In this document: positions 53,290 through 64,000 of the stretch, piece after piece
Layout of the letters: each line of letters starts with the position of its first letter
Numbering within the stretch: position 1 is the stretch's first letter
From: the human T2T-CHM13v2.0 reference genome, Homo sapiens
Reading direction: 5' to 3' (one strand)
Length of the DNA: 64,000 nt
Assembly: GCF_009914755.1 (NCBI RefSeq)
Contig: NC_060931.1
Translations under genes and position numbers: made by a program
The notes under the pieces: generated by a model
Databases searched by the model: none
Told to the model about the DNA's origin: nothing
What the model saw: only the letters and a program-made list of their open reading frames with translations

Positions 53290-53939
53290 ACGAGGAAGCT
53301 TTGACAAATTCAGGTAATAGGAACTACACTGTGGAATTTACTGGTGATATTAAGCCCTGAGAAAATTATACTACAAATTACCCCTTTCCAGCCAAAATAT
53401 AAGTCCTGCCCTAGCACCCTTCTATGGCTTCAACCTGACCTCCATTAACCCTCTTTCCCTATTTCCTGTTGGTTTAAATGTCTCATAATCCAGACTGTGA
53501 TTAAATTAATTGGTTGAGAAATCCATTATACATTTTACGTGTGCATGCTCTGGATTTTACGTTTGAAGTAAAATGCCCACAGGTCACACTAATTAATTTT
53601 GTCTTCTATACTTGAAGTTAGACTACTTGAACTTATTATGCAAATTTATGCCAAATAATGCATAAATGAAAACTATTCAACCTCAGCAAATTCAAAATCT
53701 TCTAGCAACCAATCCACAATTATACTCTTATATTCATAAAAAACTTTTAAAGTCTATATACACCAAGATAAAACATAACAAAATATAATTTATAAAACAT
53801 AGATTTCACCACAAATTGTAAACAGCCAGATAATAAATCAAGCTCAGGGACCCTATATATGAGACTGAATTGCCCAAAGCTTTATAAACCAATGTTGTTA
53901 AAGGTTACAATGAAAGGTGCCTAGAGTTGTTTCTTAAGT

Positions 53940-54705
53940 TAATTTTTTATTGATACATAATAATTTTACACGTTTATGGGGTACATGTGATATTTTGATA
54001 TGTGTATACAATGTATAATGATCAAACCAGGGTAATTAAGCAATCTATCACCTCAAGCATTTATCACTTCTTTATGTTAGAAGCAGTCTCAATCTTCTCT
54101 TCCTAGTATTTTGAAATATACAATAAATTATTATTAACTACTATCACCTGTGCTATAGAACCATAAAGGTTATTTATTCTATCTACCTGTATTTGCACAC
54201 CCATTGACCAAACTCTCTTCACTTCCCCTTACCCCTACGCTTCCAAGTCTCTGGTAATCACTATTCTACTCTCTACCTTCAGGAGACTGACTTTTTTAGC
54301 CCCTAGATATGAGACAGAATATGCCCTATTTGTCTTTCTGTGTCTGGATTATTTCACTTAACATCCTGTCCTCCAGTTCCATCCATGTTGCTGCAAACGA
54401 CAGAATTTTATTCTTTTTATGGCATAACAATAATCTATTGTGTATATATACCACATTGTCTTTATCCATTCATCCATTGATAGACACTTAGGTTGCTTCT
54501 GCATCTTGACTATTATGAATACTGCTGTAATAAACTCAGGCATTCAAATATCTCTTCCATATACTGATTCCTTTCTTTTGTACCTACACATACCCAGCAG
54601 TGGGACTCCTGGATCATATGGTTAATCTATCTTTAGTTTTTTTGAGGAGGCTCCATTATGTTGTCCATGGTGGCCATACTAATTTACATTCCCATCAACA
54701 GTGTA
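53940..54705 (-). mobile_element. L1MA 3' fragment
   Basis: tttatggggtacatgtgatattttgata...ctaatttacattcccatcaacagtgta. Confidence 0.9.
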
Positions 54706-55023
54706 GAGTTTTAAGAAAACTTGATTCAGTTGGTATGATGCAAAAGACAGTCAAATAATTTCCTCAAGTGAATTATTTGTTGAAGAAAGCCAAAAGACCC
54801 TTGTAGACCGACTCTGAGGTTAAACTGCCCTACCCAGGGATGTCTAAAGCAAATTTCATTCTGGCACAACCTTTAGCACAGCATCTTTGTGCTGAATTGC
54901 GTAGAGGCCAATGAAAATTCACAACAGATGGAACTCTGAGGTTAACACACATGCCAACTACATGAGCTCCCAGATGCTGAATTGAGCTAGGATCACTTTT
55001 CCTGGGCACAGCTGCTTGGAGCC

Positions 55024-55391
55024 TGATATGGTTTGGCTCTGTGACCCCACCCAAATCTCATCTTGTAGCTCCCATAATTCCCACATGTTGTGGGAGGGAC
55101 CTGGTGGGAGATGAATGAATCATGGGGGCAGGTCTTTCCCATGCTGTTCTCATGATAGTGAATGGGTCTCACAAGATCTGATGGTTTTAAAAATGGGAGT
55201 TTGCCTGCACAAGCCCTCTCTTAGCCTGTCGCCATTCACATAAGATGTGACTTGCTCCCCCTTGCCTTCCCCCATGATTGTGAGGCTTTCCAGCCATGTG
55301 GAACTGTTGGTTCTCCATTAAACCTCTTTCCTTTGTAAATTCCCCAGTCTCAGGTATGTCTTTGACAGCAGTGTGAAAACGGACTAATACA
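55024..55391 (+). mobile_element. THE1 (THE1B-like) solo LTR
   Basis: tgatatggtttggctctgtg...aaaacggactaataca; 5-bp TSD gagcc/gggcc. Confidence 0.93.
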
Positions 55392-55679
55392 GGGCCTAAG
55401 CCTGGGGGTTCAAGGAAGTAGCATTGAGAGAAGGATCAGAGTAGCTGAAGTAATTTATTTTCTTACGTGAGTGAATCATACTCCACACTTCTGGAAAAGC
55501 CAGATAAGCCAGAACAGACTTCCATTGCCTGCGATCTGGGAGTATGATCAAATCCATGTGATATTAAAGATACATAATTGTGTGTCATGTTGCATAGCAT
55601 TGTGTCATATGATAAATTTAGGGAGGGGTGGAACAAATATGGATGAACATGAAAATGATAATACTGATTACATGATATG

Positions 55680-55795
55680 AAAAAGGAGGAGAAGGAAGAG
55701 AAAATGGAGGAAAAAGAGAGGAGGATGGAGGAGGAGGAAGAACAAGGAAGGAGAGGAGGAGAAAGGGGAAGGGAGGGCAAGGAGGAAGGAGAAAA
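55680..55795. repeat. GA-rich low-complexity tract
   Basis: (GAG/GGA/AAG)-rich polypurine run. Confidence 0.85.
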
Positions 55796-55799
55796 AATA

Positions 55800-56020
55800 A
55801 CCTACGTTCACATAAATAATATACCAGTTTTACTGTGTTATTTAATCTTTGCCACAATCCTGAGAGATGGATGTCATTATTTCTATTTTTAAAATGAGGA
55901 AAATGAGTCTCAGATAGATAACATGCCCTAAATATTACAACCACTAAAACGGAACACCAGCTTTCATCCTAGGTTTCTCTTACTCAAGAGCCCCTGTTCT
56001 GAACTATTCCTACTTTCCAT
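55800..56020 (-). mobile_element. MIR
   Basis: tttaatctttgccacaatcctgagag...aaatgaggaaaatgagtctcaga. Confidence 0.7.
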
Positions 56021-57974
56021 TGAACTTGGGCTGCACATAAGGATGGAGTTTCTACTAGTTTTCAACACTGAGCTCAGAGAAGTGAAGGCACAAACCAGTG
56101 ACAGGCTGACCAGCAGCTGAGGATGGACTCACGAGTCCCATATGTAGAGCTTCACAAGCACTAGGGAAAGGCTGTAAACAGGGAGGAAACATCTCCAGGC
56201 CTGGACAAAGGACCAGAACCATCAGACTCAGAAACTACCAGTGAAGTCAGACACATTCTCGTGAACATACTTGGCAGAAATGTGGTCATTTTTAAAGGCT
56301 CCCCATTCCTCTCCTTTTCCGATAGGCCAGATTCAGGTGAACTTATAGACCATGACTCAAGCTTATCAAAACTGCTGACAGCCTTGCTATATAACCTTGT
56401 CTGTAATTTAGGGGTCACAGAATTAAAGTAAGTATTGCTTACTTTACAAAGAAATGCAACTATACAATTGTGAGCAGATGCTAATTATTATTGGGACAAT
56501 AGAGATAACAAGAGTACCTAGAATTTAATCAAGATTATTACAGAAAATCACTGTGACTTGTTTTGCTATTAAAATTCTTACAACAGAATTTCCAATACTG
56601 AACTGAAGACCTCAATGACAGTTAACACAAACCAAACATAAAACAAAACCCACGTTCTCACTTGAGGTGTGAAAAGTTCATGACATCAGAGGCACAAGCT
56701 ATTCAAAGGTGTTTCCCAAGGATTTTTGATGTTGTGTTTACTTAACAGTATTAGTTTTCAGTCTGGCTAGCCTGTGATATTATCAATTTGGTAGTTTTGC
56801 TATAGTACATATTCTCATACCATTCATTTTAATGTTTAATTATCCTTGGTCAATAACTACATTCAGGAAAATTACGATTCCAGATACTTTTGATTATTTT
56901 TATTGCTCAATGAGCTTAGCTTCCCCTTGGTTCTTTTACAATATAGTATGTAAAGGCCCAATGTACTGAGAAAGATCATATTATCTACCCCACTGGGTTA
57001 CTGTGAAGATTAAGTCCTACCTATAAAAACCATCCTATATTCACTCCTCTAAGCCTTATTTAATTCATCATTTTTACCCTTAATTCTATTATCAACATGT
57101 ACTGCCCTTTCATAAATTCCCAAACCAATTTCAGCAGACTATATGTGAGAACATTTTATAGCAGATAATGTGTTGTGCCAAAGTCTCTAGAGTCTAAACT
57201 AAAGCATGTAAATAAAAGAATCAACCAAACCTACAAGGAGATGAGGGGAATCACAGCTGCCTGCTTGATGACACAAGCCAAGGCCCTAAGAGCCAAAGCA
57301 GAAAGAGCCACCTTTCACACTAAGTCCATGTGAAAGTGATAATGGGATTTATAAAAAGGGAGAAAACTCACAGCAGTTAATTCGTTCTCTGCAAGGTACC
57401 ATGATGTGTTCAACAAGATGTCATTGTGGAAATAAAGAGCTGAGAGCTCAGCATTTTTTTAAAAAGATTTAATTATGTGACATTGCTGTTACAGTGCAAT
57501 TACTGTTAAAATAGAATTGCAGCCATATGAAGCCATTGACCTATTCAAAGCACAAACAAACTATCTTCAATAGGATCATTATAAGAACGTGTGATACCTT
57601 AGAGAAAAGCTTCTCAGAAACCACTGTGTTTGCAAAGACTGGGCTTTAAGTTTTAAATATATATATGAATTGTGGAGGCTTTTTAAAAAAGGTTATCACC
57701 TTCTGAAAAGAACAATAAATATAATCACAGAATTAAAAAGTCAGAAAATAGGAAAGGTATTGAACAATATGGTAAACCATCAAAATATAGTCATCTTAGA
57801 ATAAGCTTGTTAACACTATGTATATACACATTTTAAAAACTTGACATTTCCTTAAGCATCAATTTTAGATTTACTAACATAATCAATAGAGTTTATGCAA
57901 GTACTTGGTATCATTTAATCAACCTATGCATAGTATTAAGAAACCAATAGCCTTTTAAAAAAAACCCATTCCCT

Positions 57975-60005
57975 AGAAAATAACATAGAAATAACATAGG
58001 AGAAAAGCTAGATAAGCTTGGTATGGCAATGACATTTTAGATACAACACCAAAAGCATGATCCATGAAAGAAAAAAATGGTTAAGTCAGACTTCATTAAA
58101 ATCAAAACTTCCACTCTGTGAAAAGAGAGTGTTAAGAAAATGAAAAATTAGCCACAGACTGGGTGAAAATCTTTGCAAAACACGTATCTGATAAAAGACT
58201 GGTATCCCATCATTCTAAGCAAACTATCACAAGGACAGAAAACCAAACACCGCATGTTCTCACTCATAGGTGGGAGCTGAACATTGAGAACACATAGACA
58301 AAGGGGGGGAACATCCCACACTGGGGCCTTTCTGGGGGTGGGGGGATGGGGGAGGGATAGAAGAAAAAACAAAAAGAAAACTGATCTTAAATTTTGCACA
58401 AATTTCTGAAAAAAGAAAAGAAAAGAAAAGACTGAGGCCACAGGACAGAAGGAAGCTGGTTGTCCCACATGGACATAATGATGCCTTCTCCTTATGATAC
58501 TCTCCTACCTCTTGGAGAGAACGTGCATTGAGAAGCTCAACCTTCGTCTCAGCAAGGCTCACCAGATCAATAATCAGATCTGAGCAATGGAAAATACTCA
58601 GAGAAACCATCTCATTTATGCTGTTGTAGTTGGTTCATGTCATATCTAATTCATTCTGTCTTGAAACAGGAGAATTACCCTAGATACAAATTGTGAGTGA
58701 ATACAGGGGGAAAGCTTAGTAAATAAAAGCAAATTAGAATATTCACTTCTTTTAAAATAAGATTAAAAAATAATGTTCAATGCTGGCAAGGGTGCCATGA
58801 AATCAATTGTTTCAGAGTGTAAATTTGTGCACTTTGACAGTAGGTACTAGTATTCCTAAATGTTCTGTAACTCTGCAATCCACATCTAGGAGCCTACAAC
58901 AAAGAATCCATAAGAGATGCAAAAAAAAAAAAAAAAGACTGGTACCCAAAAAATACATAGAATTCTTAAAACCCAACAATAAGAGAGCCAATTAAAAAAC
59001 TGGGCAAAAGATCTAAACAAAATCTGACAAAAAGAAAATATAGGCAGCAAATACAGTCATCAAAAGATGCTCAACATTTTCTGTCATCAGAGAATTGCAA
59101 ATTAAACAACAAAGATACCACTACACACCTAATAGAATGGCTAAAATTAAAAAAAACCACCACCACCAAATGCTGGTGGGGATGTGGAGCAATAGGAACA
59201 TTCATTCATTGCTGGTGGAAATAGAAAACAGCACAGCCACGTTGAAAGACAGCTTGGCAGTTTCTCACAAAACTAAATATACTCTTACCATGCAATCTAG
59301 CATCAGCTCCTTGGTATTTACCCAATGGAGTTGAAAATTATGTCCACATAAATATCTGCACAGGGATGTTTATAGCACCTTTATTCATAATTGCCAAAAC
59401 TTGTAAGCAACTAATATGTCCTTTGGTAGGTGAACAGATAAATTGTGGTATGCCCAGACAACGGAGTATTATTCAACAATAAAAAGAAACGAGCTATAAA
59501 GCAAAGACAAGACATAGGGGTATTTTAAATGAAGATTGCTAAGTGAAAGATGGCAATTTGAAAGGCTACATGATGTATAATTCCAATTATGTGAAATTCT
59601 GGAAAGGGCAAAAACTATGCTGACAATAAAATAATCAGTGGTTGCCAAGGGCTTGGGAGAGGAAGGGAGAAATGAAAAGACATAACACAAGGTATTCCTT
59701 GTGAAATATTCTGTACAATACAATAATGACTGCATGTCATTACACATTTGTGAAAGCCCATAGAATTATATGGCAAAAGAGTGAATCCTAACGTACACTA
59801 TGGGATTCAGGCAATAATAACGTATCAGTATTGGCTCATCAATAGTAACAAATGAACCACATTAATGCAAAATGTTAATAAAGGGGAGAACTGTGTGTGG
59901 ATAGGTTGCGGTAGGGGAGGGTTGAGAGGATATATGGAATTCTCTGTACTTTCTACTTACTTTTTCTGTAAACTTAAAACTGCTCTGAAAAATAGTCTTA
60001 GTTAA
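57975..60005 (+). mobile_element. L1MC1/2-like 3' fragment interrupted at 58209 by a younger insertion
   Basis: ORF2-end motifs and 3'UTR ...gaattctctgtactttct...aaacttaaaactgctct; host sequence resumes at about 58935. Confidence 0.85.
58209..58932 (+). mobile_element. L1PA 3'UTR fragment plus about 560 bp of foreign sequence and poly(A): probable 3' transduction
   Basis: TSD aaaagactggta(t)ccca at 58193-58209 and 58933-58948; L1PA sequence 58208-58360; A-tail from 58921. Confidence 0.75.
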
Positions 60006-61364
60006 AAAGAAACAGAAAAATCAAGAGAAAAAGAAAAGAAAAAGAAACTGTTCTGAGTTTTCTACAGACAGATACTTTGTCTATAGGAAATATAATATGG
60101 GAGGATGTAAAGACAAGTGGGATCTTTCTTTTTACCTCATTAGTTCCAAATGTGCCAAGGTTATCATGGAACTACAATTCTTACTTGATGGCTGATAAGA
60201 ATTAGATAGAATCAGTTTGCAATATGGTATTTCAATCCAGTTTTTCCCTGCTGTGGGTCACAGGTCCATTTTACAACCACCTGGTCATCATTAATTTCCC
60301 ACTGCTCACCTGGAACCAATGGGGAGCAACGAATGGGCATATTAGCATTCAAAAGGAAACATAACATCCCAAGAACTTTATACCTTGCCATGCCATGTCT
60401 GGGACCTGTCAGCAGTTTCACAACTCCTAGTCCTTACGATTAAAAGTAATTATAGAGTTTGGATTCCCTAGCTTGAGCTAAACCAGGTCCTGTCTATAGT
60501 CCATTAAAAATGTCATCCACAAGATAAAAGTAAATTATGTAGTTTTCATTGGATTCTATTCAAGGATAAGATTTCTGAGTGCTTTCCAGAAACTAACAGG
60601 TTCTCTAGAAATTTGGGTTTCCAAGTACAGATCCAATTCTGCTTTTATCATGATAGTATACTACCTAAGTGGGCAACATAAGGAACATGCAACTCACTTA
60701 AAAAAAATCCTCTTAAATGCTTATGGCATTGATAATCTTGAAGAGCAACTCATGGTTTCTATCTTCATTAATTTGGTAAATATATATTGCATATACAAAG
60801 AATTATGCCACAATATTTTTCACGTCTATAAGTCATTCACTTAATCATTTTAGCAAACGGGTTTTAAGGACTTTCTGGTGCTGGGGACAACTCTAGTGTC
60901 AGCAGTTGGTCACAGAAGGCTGAGTAAGACATGGTACCTGCCCTCAAGGAGTTTACAGAATTGGAGGAGGAGGGGAGTACATGAAAACATCCTACTGATG
61001 ATATCTTTGTGGCAGGAATTGGATAGACATGTACTCCACGTGTTTAGAATCCAGAAGGGCTACACATTCCCCAAGACCAGACACTCTTCCACGAGGAGCT
61101 GTGAAGAAAATAAGGTGGTTTGACAAAAGGAACAAGAGTTTTTGAGACAAAAGGAAATTATCTCAGACCACCCTTAGGCTCTAAGGAACCACAGCATGAA
61201 AAGAAGAAAAGGAAATGTTCAGGAATTAGGAAGGTAGGTAGGTACAGAGTAGAGTAGGGTGAGGCTAAGACCAGAGGTTTGATTTTTATACTAAGAAGTT
61301 GAGACTTTATTCTCAAAAGGATGGGTAGATACTAATAGGTTTCCAACAGAAGGTGAAGGTTCCA

Positions 61365-62450
61365 GATGTATACTGACCAAAACAGCCTTCATGTTTCCCT
61401 TAGCATGATGGAACTTTAGACAGGTTTCTTTTTTTTTTTTTTTTTTTTTTTTTGAGACGGAGTCTCACTCTGTTGCCCAGGCTGGAGTGCAGTGGCACAA
61501 TCTTGGCTCACTGCAAGCTCTGCCTTCCCGGTTACTCCTTTCTCCTGCCTCAGCCTCCTGCGTAGCTGGGACTACAGGCACCCACCACCATGTCCAGCTA
61601 ATTTTTTGTATTTTTAGTAGAGACAGGGTTTCACCGTGTTAGCCAGGATGGTCTTGATCTCCTGACCTCGTGATCTGTCCACCTCGGCCTCCCAAAGTGC
61701 TGGGATTACAGGCTTGAGCCACCATGCCCGGCCGACAGGTTTCTTCTTGATTATATGGCTCTGAACACTTGTTTCTTAGAGCATTTACTTTAGCAAACTT
61801 TCCATTGTAAATCCTTTCTCTGCCCCTTTGAGATGTATGTAAATCTGCTCCCAGACTCATGCCAAATTTTACAACCCAGGAATGTCTTTCTCCAGGAGCT
61901 AGAAGTCATTTTTTGAAATGTAAACATCATGAAAGACAGAGCCCCTCTCTCTCAGGCTCTGTGGGTGGGTAAGAGCCTAAATAATTATTGGTAATAAGAG
62001 ACAATTAGCAAACACAGATGCCTAGTTACAGAAAAATCAAGAGAAAGGGAAAAGAAAAAGAAACTGTTCTGAGTTTGCTATGGACAGATACTTTGCTGAT
62101 GAGATCATCCTGACATAGAACAATTATCAGTACCTATTTTGTTACTCATAGCATTCACATTACTCAGGAAGTCAAAAGGATGGTGGAAATAAGGAACTCA
62201 AGGAGGAGAGGCAGGGGAGTAGAGAAAAGAAACAAATTCCTAAGGGAGGATGTAAACACAAGTGGAATCTTTCCTTTTATTCTGTTAGTTTCAAATGTGC
62301 CAAGGTTATCAAAAAACTACAATTCTTACTTGATGGATGACAATAATCAGATACAATGGGTTGGCAATTGACCAACCTCCCCACAACATCCTCCAGTACT
62401 TTTCCACTCGCTCATCTCAGTGCCTAAAAATCTCCCACCTTTTTCTTGGA
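61365..62450 (+). mobile_element. MER31-like ERV1 LTR interrupted by an AluY and by a 337-bp templated insertion
   Basis: aactttagacaggtttctt...ttcttagagcatttacttt...acaacccaggaatgtctttctc...ttagcaaacacagatg / ttgaccaacctcccc...cctccagtacttttccact. Confidence 0.8.
61431..61733 (-). mobile_element. AluY
   Basis: Poly-T, AluY diagnostic positions, TSD gacaggtttctt at 61419-61430 and 61734-61745. Confidence 0.95.
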
Positions 62451-64000
62451 CAAAATGTTAGAAAAATCATTGGGAGTAATACGGAAGACAAATTGATGAA
62501 AAATTAGGTGAGTGACTGGAGGATGAGTGAGGAAGCGAATACAGTCAATGAGCTGAGCAATGGTGAGGTCTGGAATAGAGGAGTGGCAGAAAGACAAGAA
62601 GGGAAGGGCATATGAGAGAGATACGAAGTCCAAGGAAGCAACTCCTCTGTGGCCAGTTGGATGGGAAGAGGGAAAAGGAGCAAGAGTGACAGTGAAGTCG
62701 TTTTGCATAGCTGTGGGGGTTACAACCTTCTGATACACTTACCTAACACCATGGACTTGTGGCCTGCTGAGCTGGAGAGAGCAAAAAAGAGCAAAGAAGG
62801 CGGCAGCAGAGAGACTGTGAAAATAATGTAAAATTAGTGAAAACTGTGATGATGGAGGACAAAGACCACTTGTCAATGCCTCAAAGGCAGTTTGATAACA
62901 CCTAAAATACAAGAAAATGGTTTCTGAGTTAGAATGTGTTATAGACAGAATTGGGGAAAGAAAATTCTGAAGGCTGGAGAAGAAAGAACAGAAGAAAGAG
63001 AATGAAAGGGAACACTACACTCTCCAGGTGCCCATCGAAGCCCAGCCCACAACCCCTCAGGAGTTAGTAACAGATCCTTTTCTTTTTCTCTTTCCAAATC
63101 TTTGGCATTCATGACATGATAAATGGAAAAGCAGAAATGAGAAAGAAAATCCCAGGGAGAAAAAAAAAGGAGATGTTAAAGCCTGGTCTTCTGAACAAAG
63201 ACAAAAGTTGTCAGGTGGAGCATGAGATCCAATCATGGATGCTGTTCGTAATGGCCTTTTTCCTACTTCTGATGACTGCGGTTCACGCATTGACCGTGGT
63301 TATCCAGGAGCAAGTATGGGCAGAAGGCCCACATACTTCTCTTCTAATACATAGTAGGAACCAAAGGTCCAGACCAAATAGTGCTATGACATGTCATCCT
63401 TGTCCAACTGAATATGTAAGTTTAATGACAATGATGTAAATGCCTACTTTTGATGAAGATAATTCCATTTCAAAGAAGGTTCCTAATGTTGCATGCAATA
63501 AAGTACTAGTACAACAAGATGATGTATATAATCTTTTGGCAATTATTCCTGGTGTTAAATGTGATATAAGCTTTTAACTGTGAGGTCCTAGCATGCCCTT
63601 GACAATGGAAATGAATATTCGTAAAATTCTTAGACACAGAAAGAACCACTACTGATATTTACTACCAGTGCTCAAGTACTTGGGAGGGAGATAACAAAGG
63701 CTTGACTGTGACACTGGAATCTTGGCTACATGGCCAGGCTAGCCAGATACATCTGAAAATCAAGATGAAATATTACATGTCTGAAAGGAAAGATTCACAA
63801 CCATACCTAAAACTTCAATACTTGAAATGATGATTAGATACACTGGTCCAAATCTCTTTCACAATTTCTACATCATGCTGTCTGTTACACTGCAGGGTGA
63901 TGGTCAAGGTCACCAACAACTAGATGCTGGGGACACATTCAGTCATGCAGCCTGGAATTTCTGAGTTGATTAGATACATGTGAAGAATTCATGACAGAAA

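Noticed and set aside
63116-63439. 107-aa plus-strand ORF with a hydrophobic stretch
   Set aside because: No recognisable homology or gene structure; length compatible with chance

Overview
Human/primate genomic DNA (AT-rich, CpG-depleted, rich in Alu, L1, MIR, L2 and LTR repeats) lying inside the 3' half of DGKI (diacylglycerol kinase iota) on the minus strand. Six GT-AG coding exons (40897-40818, 38626-38582, 22661-22592, 19984-19944, 19077-18950, 16653-16531) splice in frame into the stretch between the catalytic accessory domain and the C-terminal ankyrin repeats. A 54-nt in-frame cassette exon (47044-46991) has been recruited from the antisense strand of an old primate L1. The most unexpected signal is in the repeat-poor intron downstream of exon 16531 (about 4.2-16 kb). 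It holds a chain of DGKI-sense segments with recognisable acceptor and donor sites, mostly 3n lengths, and near-open, protein-like frames matching the phase-2 host intron but broken by stops. I read this as a candidate fossil multi-exon coding insert of DGKI; this is inference and needs cross-species alignment. Other notable items are a probable L1 3' transduction bounded by target-site duplications (TSDs) (58.2-58.9 kb), a templated local insertion that splits a MER31 LTR (62.0-62.4 kb), a second local duplication (20.0/21.7 kb), and an AT minisatellite built from 24-bp palindromes. No prokaryotic-type system, CRISPR array or RNA gene was seen. Repeat family names come from recalled consensus similarity and their boundaries are approximate.
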